From: Macrostomum lignano
Lineage: Eukaryota
Length of the DNA: 64,000 nucleotides
Assembly (NCBI GenBank): GCA_002269645.1
Contig: NIVC01001760.1
Coordinates: forward strand, 1-64,000
Direction of reading: 5' to 3'
In this document: one piece after another, positions 23,282 through 35,190 of the stretch
How positions within the stretch are numbered: position 1 is the stretch's first letter
Layout of the letters: the number at the start of each line of letters is the position of its first letter
The notes under the pieces: generated by a model
Told to the model about the DNA's origin: nothing
Seen by the model: only the letters and a program-made list of their open reading frames with translations
The model's database searches: none
Made by a program: the position numbers and the translations under genes

Positions 23282-26200
23282 TTAACGATACAATACCGGA
23301 TTCCCGTAATACGCTGGGGGCACACCCCGACGCTCGCGCAGTCTGCGCGGAGACACGGCTGGCGCCGCTGGAGCCACCGGTGCGCATGGCGCAACTGGCG
23401 TTCCCGGCCCTACTATCCCATGCCGAGGCCCAACGGCAACTGGTGGCACCACATACGAGTAAAACTCCTCCTCCTCCTCAAGTTCCGGCTCTTTAGTCGC
23501 CGGCCCCGCGGGCTCCTGTCTGCACCCTGCCGGCTCAGGCGGATGCGCCGACCGGCGCTGCACTGCCGTATGCCTATTCATCAACCTGAACTGCTCAGGC
23601 CGCTCGGGTACTTTTCGCAAATTATTATAATGCACTATTTTGCTCTTTCCCCTATTGGCGTGCTTTACCCGGTAATTCAAATCGGATATCTTCTCTAACA
23701 CCTTCGCCGGCCCCTTCCAATTGCAATGGAACTTGGCTGCCTCCCCTGCCTGCAGCGCAGGCGAGTATTCTAGGACGGCATCCCCAACTTCTATGGCCGG
23801 GCCTCGCACCCTTGAGTCGTACAGCACTTTCTGTTTCCTCTGGTACTGCTGCAGGTTGGTCCGCACCTGCGAATGAGCCTCAGCCAGACTATTACCTAAT
23901 GACTGAACATACGCCGGAGCACTGGCAGGAATGGACTCAGGCAAGGTTCCAATGTCCACTGGAAGCCGCATCTCCCTGGCGTACAGCATGTAGTACGGGG
24001 TGTACCCCGTGCCTCTGTGAACGCTGCTACGGTACGCCATGAGAGACGGGTGGATCAGATCCTCCCAGTCTCCTTCGCCCACCGACTCACTCATCCTGCA
24101 CTTGATCATTGACTTCAACGTCTTATTGAAACTCTCAGCCTGACCATCAGCCATCGGGTGATAGGAGGACGTTCTGCATTTCTTAACGGCAAGCAACCGA
24201 CACAACTGCTTCATCAAAGCCGACTCAAAATTGGTGCCCTTATCGGTGACTAGAAATTCAGGACAACCAAAGTGCGCAATCCAGTGATCAAAAATCGCTC
24301 GCGCCACCGTCGGGGCTCGCTGATTCGACAAGGGCACCGCCACCGGCCACTTAGTAAAAGAATCCTGGATTGTCAGCACGAATCGATTGCCACCTCTGGA
24401 CTTGGGCAACGGCCCGACAATGTCACTCATGATCCTCTGGAAAGCTCCTTCCGAGCAGATTGGCTGCAAAGGCGCCCGGTTGCTGCGCCCAGGCTTCGCC
24501 TTCGCACAGTGGACACAGCTCCGGCAATACTCTTCCACGGAACGACTCAGCCCCGGCCACCAGTATCTCGCCTTCACTTTCTCTTGTGTCTTCCTAACCC
24601 CAAGGTGCCCTCCTGCAACCCCATCATGAAGCTCACTGAGCACTTTCGGCAGCAAAGCCGGCGGCAGCAAGATCTTTTTCTGGCACCCACTCCCGGGACT
24701 CTGAAAATACAACAGATCAGACTCTACTCTTATCAGCTGCCGTTGTGCCCACAGCACACGCTCCTCCCACGACATCACTCTAGGCGCACTGGGGTTCGAA
24801 CCCGGGTCCAGGGCATAGGAGCGGACAGCTGCAAGCTTCTTCTCGGCCACTTGCGCCTGCTGGACTTCCTTCGAAGACAGCCCACTGCCAAACACCGCGT
24901 TCACTACTGGCACATTCTCGCTAAACTGGCAGCTAGGGCAGCTCTCATGGCCAGCGTGTTTTCGGTACTTGCGAGACAGCGAATCAGCGTTGCCGTGCTC
25001 CTTGCCTGGCCTGTGAATGATCTCAAAGTCGAAGTTCTGGAGCGACTCAAGCCACCTTGCGCACTGACCCTCTACGTCCTTCAGACTGGCTAGCCACTGC
25101 AAAGCTTTGTGGTCTGAACGAACAGTGAACTTTCTACCTAACAAATAGTACCTATACTTTTTGACGAAGTGCACGACGGCAAGCAACTCTAACCTGGTGG
25201 TGCAATAATTTTTCTCCGCCGCATGAATCATCCTAGACCCGTAAGCGATCACCTTCTCACGGCCATCTGCTTGACGCTGTGACAGGACGGCTCCCAGCCC
25301 GACGCGCGAACTGGCGTCCGTGTCGAGGATGAACTCCCCGGCACCAGGCGAAAAATCCGGGAATGCCATCACATTCGGTGAACACAAAGCGTCTTTCAGC
25401 CTGCAAAACGAGCTCTCCTCTTCACTACCCCACTCAAACTTCACTCCGTCTGCGGTTAACCTATACAGCGGCGCTGCAATCTCTGAAAACTGCGGGATAA
25501 ATGACTGATAGTAGGCGCACGTACCCAGGAATGCCTGCACCTTCTTGGCGCTACATGGCCTCGGCCAATTCTGGATCTCCTCGCACTTGCTCGGATCCGT
25601 TGCGATCCCCTCCTGAGAGACGATGTGGCCCAGAAACTTCACCCGCTCTGCGAGGAACACACACTTGGCGGGCTTCAGCTTGACATTGGCATCCCTCAGG
25701 CACTGGAAAACATGCTTCAATCGCTCGAGATGCTGACCCACCGACTTGGCGAACACGACTATATCGTCAAAGTACACCAGGCACTCCTTCCAGTTAACCT
25801 CAGACAGGGCCATAGACATTAGCCTGGCGAACGTAGCGGGAGCATTGCGCAAGCCAAAACTCATGCACTTCCAGGCGAACTGACCCCTGTTGGGTACCAC
25901 GAACGCCGTTTTCAACTGGTCCTTCGGCTCAATCGGGCACTGATGATAGCCGGAGGCCAGATCCATCGTCGAGAAAACACAGTTCCCTCCTAGCGCATCA
26001 AGCGTCTCGTCCATCCGCGGCGGTGGGTAAGGATCTGGCACTGTGACCTCGTTAAGGCGCCGATAGTCTAGACACAACCTCAAGCTACCGTCGGCCTTTT
26101 TAACCGGCACGATCGGGCTCGCCCACGGAGAGTAGCAGGGATAGATGCGATCCTGCTGCAACAACTCATCAACCTGCTTATCAATTTCCTCCTTCCAGCG

Positions 26201-27218
26201 CGGTGGAATCCTACGCGCGGGCTGACTTACTGGCTTGGCGTTGCCGGTGTCAATCTCATGCGCCATCAAGTGTGACTGTCCCAACTCCGAGCTATCCCTG
26301 GCAAAGACATCACGATTCCGAGCCATCAGGCGCTCAAACTCGTGCTTCTCATCGCCCGTCAGGCCACATCCTCCCCACTCCTTGACATCGCTGAGGGGGT
26401 TCCAGTCGTCTCGGACACTCTCCACCGAGTTCACCTGCCACCCAGCTGGCTGCTGGGCCGCCACTGGGGAGAACCAACCAATTCGGCTTCCCTTCCTTAA
26501 TGACAGACTGCATCCTGACGTGTTCAACACCCTGACAGCCAAGCGACCGTCCCCGTCAGGCATCTGTACCGATCTGGCCACCATCTGCTCGTTACTCACT
26601 CTCCTCTCAGACTCCACAATGCCTAGGAACTGAACCCCAGAGGGAACCCTTCTCTGCAACCTGACGTGCACCACCTTCTCTTGACCTGCATTGAACTGCT
26701 CAGGCTGACTCAGCACCAGACGGCAAAGACGCGGCTTATCTGCTGATAAGCGAAACGGATACACACAGGATGCAGTCTGCAAGCAATTCCTAGCAAAGTC
26801 AATCGCCATCCGTGTCTCACGAAAAAGTCAGTGCCCAGAATACATGCCACAGCCAGTTCCTCGACCACAGCGAACTCGTGCAAAAACTCGGTGTCCCCAA
26901 CAGAAAACTTCATCGTCACCATTCCATGTACAGCAATCGGTTCCCCATTGGCAGCGAAAACGGAAAAATTCGGCAAATTCGGCAATAAGTCAATGTCGGC
27001 TTTTTTAGACTTCAGGAAACGGTTGCTTAACAACGACACGGTGGCCCCGCTGTCAAGCAGACATGCAATCGGGGGCCCAAACCTAAACTGTGCATCCACA
27101 TAGCCCAGTCCCTGCCGACTCAGCACACTCTGGGACAAGGCCGCGGCCCCCGATGCACCCGGATTCACTGACGCTGGGGCCCGGACGGGTGCCCCGGCCG
27201 AGCCCCAATCCGTTTCCC
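23282..27218 (-). CDS. pol: E1 pro-pol (aspartic protease, RT, RNase H, integrase) via -1 frameshift; one further 1-bp break near 26810
   Basis: LLDSGA protease, YFDD RT, DAS RNase H, HHCC zinc site plus DDE core (DIVGP/DKGTNF/E), WKGPAKV GPY/F-like motif. Confidence 0.96.
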
Positions 27219-28144
27219 GAACCCGACTGGTCCCACCGACGATAGCAGCGGTTGCGCATGTGCCCTGACTGGCCACACTCCCGGCAGACCACTGCATTAC
27301 GGCACCGAGCCGTAGTATGCCCTGTCTGCAGGCACCGACCACACTGCCTCTGCTGCTGACTCTGCTCAGGGGCTCGATGCTGCAAGCTCACTTTTGGCTG
27401 CTCAGACCTTGCTGTCGCCATCGGCGCAGTGGGCGCTGCAGCACTTGCTTTTAGCTGAGCCACTTCCGCTTTCAGAGCTGCTATCTCGGCGGCTGCCCTG
27501 GACTCCTGGCTGTTGCCAGCCGCTGCGGCCTGACCCCCCACCATGTGCACAGCTCGCTTGCCCTCGGGCTCCATCAGAGCCAACGATGCCCTCACTTGAC
27601 GCACCCGCCTAATAGCGTCCTGGAGCGTCTCTGGCGCTTGCAGCAGCACGCTCTCCAGCACCCGGGCTGGCACCCGAATCCCCTTCAAAAACCTGTCTTT
27701 CACCAACTCTTCTCGCTGGGCCGCTGGCAGCATTGGGTACGATTTTCTCATAAGCTCCTTGAGCACGTCTGCATATTCTTCAATGGGCTCGCCATCTTTC
27801 TGATTCCTACTCTGGAACTCGGTCTTGTAATCTTGAGCAGTCCTATTCTCATCAAACCTAGCCTCTAGCTGCTCAACAAACTCATCATACGGCAAATCAT
27901 CGGCCAACTCAAGATTCGCAACAGCCTTAAAAGCAGTATTAAAGTCAAGCAGACTGAGCAGCGCCTGCTTGCGCTGATCCCCTAGAATATGAGCCGCCTC
28001 ACAATACCCTGTGAATTGTTGCATCCAAAGGGCAAAGTCCTGTGTGGGCACGTACTTATTTGGCCTCGGCACCCGCTGTGCCACATTAAGTTCGTTTTGC
28101 AGACGCGCCGTCAGGGCGTCAATCAGATCGTCTAAATTGGCCAT
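27083..28144 (-). CDS. gag: E1 Gag, 353 aa from ATG 28144, two CCHC zinc knuckles
   Basis: CGRCLQTGHTTARC and CRECGQSGHMRNRC; capsid-like YADVLKELMRKSYP..RFLKGI. Confidence 0.93.
   Translation of the reverse strand: MANLDDLIDALTARLQNELNVAQRVPRPNKYVPTQDFALWMQQFTGYCEAAHILGDQRKQALLSLLDFNTAFKAVANLELADDLPYDEFVEQLEARFDENRTAQDYKTEFQSRNQKDGEPIEEYADVLKELMRKSYPMLPAAQREELVKDRFLKGIRVPARVLESVLLQAPETLQDAIRRVRQVRASLALMEPEGKRAVHMVGGQAAAAGNSQESRAAAEIAALKAEVAQLKASAAAPTAPMATARSEQPKVSLQHRAPEQSQQQRQCGRCLQTGHTTARCRNAVVCRECGQSGHMRNRCYRRWDQSGSGNGLGLGRGTRPGPSVSESGCIGGRGLVPECAESAGTGLCGCTV
27212..27218 (-). other. -1 ribosomal frameshift slippery heptamer G GGA AAC (E1)
   Basis: In gag phase (TCG GGA AAC), pol lies in the -1 frame, downstream GGGGCUCGG/CCGGGCCCC stem. 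Confidence 0.8.
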
Positions 28145-28248
28145 GGCTACAAAAACACAGAGACAACCGAAGCAAACAACACACAAATAAACTAGGCAAC
28201 ACACACAACCCTAAACACACGGCAGGACAGCAGGGGAGAGGACCGCTG

Positions 28249-28266
28249 ATCCTGGTCACGGCACCA
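28249..28266 (-). other. E1 primer-binding site complementary to tRNA-His 3' end
   Basis: TGGTGCCGTGACCAGGAT, 2 nt from the LTR end; matches the known tRNA-His-type PBS. Confidence 0.85.
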
Positions 28267-28268
28267 CT

Positions 28269-28964
28269 TGTTGTGTCTCGGCCTAATGGCCGCTGGACGG
28301 GTCAAGGTTCGGGCCCTCCCCGCCTGAGACACCCCGGTCCCAGCCCTCACCCCGGCTATTCCTACCCTGTCTCGCTCGGTTCGGCGAGAGTTCGCCTGAC
28401 CGAACACCCTGGGATCGGCGAGAGTTCACCGTTCCCAGGTCCCTGCAGATCCCGGCCCCACGCGGCAACCCAGAAGAACGAAAGCTCGAGCTCACCTCCT
28501 CTTGATATATCGAGTTACTAACGAAGCGTTTATTGGCCCGAAGCAGTTATTGGCACGCGAAGGCAGAGGTACGCCGATGAACGCAAAAACAGTAAGAACG
28601 AAGCGGACACCAATAGAGAGCAAACGTGGAGCGCAGCCCGCTCAGGGCTAGCATTTAAATAATACACAAAAAAGGGGGAGGGGTGGGGCAGAATGGAGAC
28701 GGCGAGCCAAACCCTGGGCCCAGCCGGCTTATCAGCCAGCCAGCCAATACGAGCAGCCCAGGGTGAGGCGGGCAACGAGGGAGGGGGGCACCCAGATTGG
28801 ACAGAGATTGGGCCGGGGGCTGGGTGCAAAGGGCTAGGCCAGGGTTGAGACTTACGCCTCTCACAAACCCTGGCCCGGGCGCGAGACGGGGGACGGGGCG
28901 GGGTGGCATGAAAACTGAAAACAAAAGTACGAGTACATACACACTGGAAGGGCGCAGCCCAACA
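28269..28964 (-). repeat. E1 5' LTR (696 bp)
   Basis: Ends TGTTG...CAACA. PBS adjacent on the inner side; host intron sequence resumes exactly at 28965. Confidence 0.85.
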
Positions 28965-29320
28965 ATAGCAATCATAAATGATAATAAAGGCCAAATAGTG
29001 TAGCTCTCAGTACAAAACTTAAATTTGAGCTGCAAAGCCCAGTGAGCCTTCATTCGTAAATCGTAGTTCCTTGTCGCAAGAGGAAGAGACACTGGCAATA
29101 AAACTCCCCACAATACCTGGGCAGACTGGCTGCATCAGATAACGATGGGAAACGGTGGCCAGGTGATGCCCGGCCGAGATAAAACTCAGCTGGGAGTCTT
29201 ATTGGGGAACAATGGCAGTGGCATGGGAAAAACGGAGAATGCATTAGCAAATGTTACAAAACAGCTCTGGCAATATTTGATACATGCGCACAGAAATATT
29301 TTCTCAATTCAACTTGGCAG

Positions 29321-31005
29321 AATCTTCGGCCGAGTCGCACCAGTCTCCGGCAAAAAAGACAAAGCAACACCACCACCAGCAGCACCAGCAGCCGGCGTTG
29401 CCATTCTCCATCGAGAGGCTGACTGGCGACCCGGAGCTCGCGTCGGCAATGCAGCGGCAGTCGGCTGCGCTCTCCTTTCCCAGGCCGCCGCCTCCGCCGC
29501 ACCTGCCGCACCTGCCGCACCTGCCGCCGCCGCCACCGCCGAAAGCCGGCCTGCACTGGCCGTACAACTCGGAGCTGCACAGCCAGCAGCACTCGCCAAT
29601 GTTCGCCGCAGCCTCGGCGGCCGAGCAGCGCTGCCGAGAGTTCGGCCACCCGCCCGTCCTGCCGCCGCCTGTGCCGCCGATTCCGCCGGCGCACTTCAAC
29701 GACCAAGCGGCCGCGGCGGCGGCGGCGGCAGCGGCGGCGGCATCACTGTTTCCCTGCGGCCGGCCGCCCATCCTGCCGCTGCCGCTGCTCACCCAGCTGT
29801 ACGCCAGCAGCATGGGCCTCCTCAACCTGCCGCTGTGGCCGCAACCGCCGCCGCCGCCGTCTCATTCAGTGGCGCCACCGCTGCCGGCTGTTCCATCGGC
29901 TTCGCCGAGGTCAAGCCAGCAGGCGCCGCACCAGCTGCCGCCGCCGCCGTCGATGCCGCCGCAGCCTCTGCCGGCACATAACAGCGGTCAGCATCGCCGC
30001 GCCGCTGCCATGGCGAGCCCGACTGGCCCCGCGGCCGCAGCGGCGTTGGCGGCGGCGGCTGCTGCTGCAGCCTCCACTTCATCTGGAGCTTCGCTGTCTC
30101 AGCCTCCGCTGATTGCAGCACCCGCAGCAGCGGCGCCGGCGGCCGCTGTCGAGTCCCCGTCGAGCGGTCGACCTCGGCACAATCGGCGTCGCGACGCTGG
30201 CGCCTCGCCGTCGAACGCGAGCAGCGAGGACGCACCGGCTGGCGGAGGCGGCGGCCGCGGGAGCCACGCGCTGCCGTACCCGCTGCGCAAGAAGGACGGC
30301 AAGATGCACTACGAGTGCAACGTCTGCCTCAAGAGCTTCGGCCAGCTGTCCAACCTGAAGGTGCACCTGCGGACGCACACGGGCGAGCGGCCGTTCAAAT
30401 GCGACCTGTGCGACAAAGGCTTCACCCAGCTGGCGCACCTGCAGAAGCACAACCTGGTGCACACCGGGGAGAAGCCGCACGCCTGCTACGTCTGCCACAA
30501 GCGGTTCAGCAGCACCAGCAACCTGAAGACGCACATGCGGCTGCACAGCGGCGAAAAGCCGTTCAGCTGCAAACTGTGCCCAGCCAAGTTCACCCAGTTT
30601 GTGCACCTCAAGCTGCACAAGCGGCTGCACACCAACGAGCGACCGTTCGAGTGCCCGAAGTGCTGCAAAAAGTACATCAGCGCCAGCGGCCTGAAAACGC
30701 ATTGGCGCTCCGGTCCCTGCTTTGGCAGCGAGTTGGCCACGGATTTGAATTCCATTCTGAACTCGATTGTCACGGACAGCAGCCTGGACAGCAGGGACAG
30801 CATCGAGTTCCGCTGCGAGGAACAGTACACCGAGGATGAGGCGGCTGCGGCGGCGGAGGCTGCGGCGGACGAAGTCGAAGACGATGAGGAGGCCGAAGCG
30901 GATGCTGATGAGGCCTACGTTGAGGTTGAGGAAGTTGAGGATTCTGCGGCAGGCGATGAAGCTGACTCGGTGATGGAGCAGCGGTTGGAAACTGCGAACG
31001 CTTGA
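29321..31005 (+). CDS. PRDM1: Blimp-1/PRDM1 exon 3: Pro/Ala-rich repression region, five zinc fingers, acidic tail, stop
   Basis: Acceptor TTCAACTTGGCAG|AA completes the phase-1 codon (GAA). [42 protein letters not shown].. is the Blimp-1 signature, and the fifth finger is C2HC (CPKC..HWRSGPC). Confidence 0.97.
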
Positions 31006-31094
31006 AGCAGCCTTGACAGTTACTTTGATCCGAGCTTTATAGAATTCATTCTATACTAATCGAATACGGCCTTAGTCAGAGTTGTACGAAAGAG

Positions 31095-31100
31095 AATAAA
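31095..31100 (+). terminator. Candidate polyadenylation signal for Blimp-1
   Basis: AATAAA 90 nt after the stop; an alternative lies at 31632. Confidence 0.3.
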
Positions 31101-32728
31101 GAACCCCCCCCCCCAAGAAGTTGCCCAATTATTTACTGATAGCGCGATCGTGTGCATTTCTTTCTGTTACAAAATTTGCATAAAAAACTGTGCATTGTGC
31201 CATTGCGAATGCAGCTTCACTCCCTCAGCCTTGCCTGACCCCCCCAGACAGCCCAAACTTCCCAAGCTTGTTGTCAATTTCCCAATGAACACATTTGCCT
31301 ATATTTATAATATATATCTTTTCAAACAAAATACAGTTGCAATTGTTGGAACATTTTATATTTTAGCAATTTTGTTATAACGATAATTATTTGTTTGAAT
31401 TAAAAAAAACACGAAATATCGCACAGCCTGAAAACCTGTTTTTTGCAGCTTGTCCTTAATATTGTTGTTATTATTATTATTATTTATTAATACGATTGTC
31501 TAGAAGATTTTACGAACCGGGAGGAATGAAATAATCCCGGGGATTTGTTACTTTTAATCTGCCTTGCGTTTGAACCCTTAATATGTTTTCGTTGCTGGTC
31601 AAAACTGTTTATAAATGTGTGACAATTTGAGAATAAACATGAATTCGCTAGCAAATGCGACTTGGCCCAGAGATGTACAGCTGCTTTATGCTCGGCGCTA
31701 TATTTGAGAATCAAATTTTTCCTGTGTTTTGCTTCATTTTTTTATATTGATGTCCCCCATTTAGGTGCCGGATGTAGATTCCATATACGGGGATGATTTT
31801 TTTCGATGATTGCAGCGCACCTGCATTAATTATCTACAAACTCTAAATCTTTTAATAACTCCCACTGGCTCAGTACGATCTCAATTCCCAAATCGGACTC
31901 CCCATTCCTAATGAAAAAAGGAGAGTTGGAGACAACTCGAACTGGAAAATGGCGCGGATTAGCGGAGGATTAAGACAGACAAAAGATCCCTAAACCGTTT
32001 CAAAGGCCACTTGCTTCCAGCTCCATGGAGAGGGAATTTAACTCTGTCATTTTTTTCCTTTCTTCCCCCAGTCCAGCTGTTGAACGGGGATTATTGTAAC
32101 TCCGTCTGGGAAGGTGCAGCAAAATAATATTTTATTTCCCTTTTTCTTCTCCTCCCAGTCTGTTTCTAAGAATGCTGTTGTGCAGTTTGAGGAAGCCTTC
32201 ATATTAACTACACATAGTCTCCCAACCCCCATGGAAGACGCAGAAACCGCGGGACAAAAAAGAGAGAAGGGAAAGGAGGCCCCCCCTCCCTGCCCCGAGT
32301 CCTTCTCACTTTTCCGCTCGCACTGGCTGGCTGGTGGTGGGGCGCGCGGCGCTCTGTCAAGCCATATATATTAATATGCTCTTTCTGTCGGACTTGAAAT
32401 CCAGCCAGTGCGTGTCACCTGTCAGCAGATCCCTCCTACTAGACTCTCCTCTCCAATATTTCTCCTGTCTTTTTATTTTTGTTGCAAAATAAGTGACTCC
32501 CGTCGCTTATGGCTGGGGGGGAATGGCTTAAGCCGCTCCGCCAAGCCCTCACGATCCCCAACTCTACCGCACACACACATGAAAGATTAAATCCCGCCTC
32601 AGATAGAGAGAGAGAGAGAGAGAACAAATAACTATAAAAGGCAATTCCTCCGGGAGCTCTGACAGAGACTAATTGATCCTGTTGCTTTGAGAAACTCACC
32701 ATAGCTGTCTCCCCGCTGCTGCCGCCGC

Positions 32729-32779
<51 letters not shown>

Positions 32780-33018
32780 GTCTCCCTTGCTTTGCGGCGC
32801 CAGCTTGCAGGCCTTTTGCCTGTTGTTGCCTTTCTAACTTCCCGTGAAGCTCGCGAGTAGGGAACCAGCCCGCATACGGATCTATCAGCAATGCTTTATG
32901 GCCCATTGATCGAAAAACTTTATCCAAGCAGGGGTTGGCGGCTGGTGCTGTTGGTTAAGCAGAAATTGAAACGGTCTTTAGAATTTGAAATTCGTTATGC
33001 GGCTCTGCTTCCTGACAA

Positions 33019-33735
33019 GGTGTGTCTCACTGTGCCTCAGTGTGTCTCTACTCAGCCTCAATGTGTCTCACTGTGCCTCAGTGTGTCTCTACTCAGCCTC
33101 AATGTGTCTCACTGTGCCTCAGTGTGTCTCTACTCAGCCTCAATGTGTCTCACTGTGCCTCAGTGTGTCTCTACTCAGCCTCAATGTGTCTCACTGTGCC
33201 TCAGTGTGTCTCTACTCAGCCTCAATGTGTCTCACTGTGCCTCAGTGTGTCTCTACTCAGCCTCAATGTGTCTCACTGTGCCTCAGTGTGTCTCTACTCA
33301 GCCTCGATGTGTCTCACTGTGCCTCAGTGTGTGTAATGCCCCTCAAACTGTCTGTAATGCCCCTCAAACTGTCTATAATGCCCCTCAAACTGTCTATAAT
33401 GCCCCTCAAACTGTCTGTAATGCCCCTCAAACTGTCTGTAATGCCCCTCAAACAGTCTGTAATGCCCCTCAAACTGTCTGTAATGCCCCTCAAACTGTCT
33501 GTAATGCCCCTCAAACAGTCTGTAATGCCCCTCAAACTGTCTGTAATGGCCCTCAAACTGTCTGTAATGCCCCTCAAACTGTCTGTAATGCCACTCAAAC
33601 TGTCCGTAATGCCCCTCAAACTGTCTGTAATGCCCATCAAACTGTCCGTAATGCCCCTCAAACTGTCTGTAATGCCACTCAAACTGTCCGTAATGCCCCT
33701 CAAACTGTCTGTAATGCCCATCAAACTGTCTATTA
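33019..33735. repeat. Compound minisatellite: 41-bp units (33019-33332) directly followed by 21-bp units (TGTAATGCCCCTCAAACTGTC)
   Basis: Direct periodicity. Confidence 0.95.
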
Positions 33736-34859
33736 CATGTAGAGCCTTCAAAACACACCATAAAACCAACAAAATGAATGTTTCGAAACTCCAGTCCTTA
33801 GAATCCCCAATCCCCGTGTTCTCACTGAAGTTGCTACCCTACTTTATCTCCCTATTTAAGTTGGCTGTTGTGGCTCAGCCTTCTCCTTCATCTTCGTGAC
33901 ACCTCCCAAAAATCTGAGCACGATGACGCCGAGAGGATGCCAGCCAAACAAAAATTCATTGTTAAAAAATTATGCTTCAATAGAAAGTCAGCGCCTCGCG
34001 CAACCCCTCAAGCATTGTCGGCTTCAGTTGGGGAGAAGCAGCTTATTCCGCATTGGCCCATAGAAAACTGGCGCTGAGCTCCTCAGCTTGTTCTGATCAG
34101 CGAGGACAGCAACGGCATGGCAAAAGGCAGCGCATCCGCCACGGATCTCTTCTCTCTAACCCTAACATGTCTTCTTCTTCTAGTTCCCATTGTATTCCTC
34201 TACACCGTTTGCTTTCTTTTGGACCCTGCATCCTTGTTATACAATGAAGATTATTATGTTAGACCTGAACAAAAATTAGCAAGTAAAATACCTGCACACA
34301 CACACCTGGCTCCTTTGTCCGCCAGCCAAGTCTGCTCCACCCACCGGTCTCCGCTTCTGATTCAGACAGCCATATTCAGCAGACTTGTGTGTTTACTCTT
34401 GCCACCGGAACTGCTGCCGCAGGCGGCACCGCGGAATGGGGAGGGGGTTGCCAGCGGAAGACCATCGAGGGGATCCGGGACGCATCCTCCCAGCTCCGCC
34501 CCTGTCGCCAAGGAGGATGGATGGAGCAATCAGACAAGAAATAGTCGAGAGCAGCTTCTGGGTCGGGTCTGTGGCTGGCTGTGTCGCTTCCGTGGTGTTT
34601 TTTTCCCTGCCGCAATTTCTTATTGTTGAGGTCCTAATAACCTGGAGGCAATGGGGACCACGATAACTGCTCCCAAGAGAGCGCCAGAAGCTCAAATTCA
34701 AGTTTTTATTCCGTTTTTTCAACGCTTCTTTTCGTTTTCTTTTCATTTTTTTTAATTTTCAAGCGAAGTGCAGTTGCTGATTGTTTCTGTTGATGGACAG
34801 GTGGAGTTCCCAGCAAAGGTCTCAGCAATGGTAGGGTCTGTCAAACAGGAAGCAATAAG

Positions 34860-35190
34860 AGATTAAGAGATAGAGAGGAGAGATGAAGTGAGAGAGGAGA
34901 GATTAAGAGAGCGGAGAGATGGAGGGAGAAGGGAGAGGAGAGATTAAGGGAGAGGAGAGATTAAGGGAGAGGAGAGATTAAGGGAGAGGAGAGAAGAAAG
35001 GAGAGGAAAGAAGAAAGGAGAGGAGAGATTAAGGTAGAGGTGAAATGAAGGGAGAGGAGAGATTAAGGGAGAGGTGAAATGAAGGGAGAGGAGAGATTAA
35101 GGGAGAGGAGAGATTAAGGGAGATGGGGGAGAGTTGATAGGGAGGGAGATGAGAGAAGGGAGTGAGGAGAGATAGAAGAGAGATTACAGA
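34860..35190. repeat. Purine-rich repeat with 17-bp GGGAGAGGAGAGATTAA units
   Basis: Direct reading. Confidence 0.85.

Larger units (their letters stand above)
22045..28964 (-). mobile_element. Ty3/Gypsy LTR retrotransposon E1 (5' LTR, gag, pro-pol, accessory ORF3); 3' LTR not visible
   Basis: Domain order PR-RT-RNaseH-IN, LTR with TGTTG..CAACA ends, tRNA-His PBS. Antisense in Blimp-1 intron 2. Confidence 0.95.

Noticed and set aside
28269-28964. Solo LTR or DIRS-type inverted termini for E1
   Set aside because: The PBS and gag follow directly, and the enzymes are Gypsy-type with a DDE integrase rather than a tyrosine recombinase.
29822-30839. Long antisense and alternate-frame ORFs over Blimp-1 exon 3 and over both pol genes
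   Set aside because: Expected shadows of GC-rich coding sequence; no domains.
34117-34629. 170-aa ORF with a hydrophobic N-terminal stretch
   Set aside because: Composition unlike the GC-rich real exons, no recognisable domain and no supporting splice structure.
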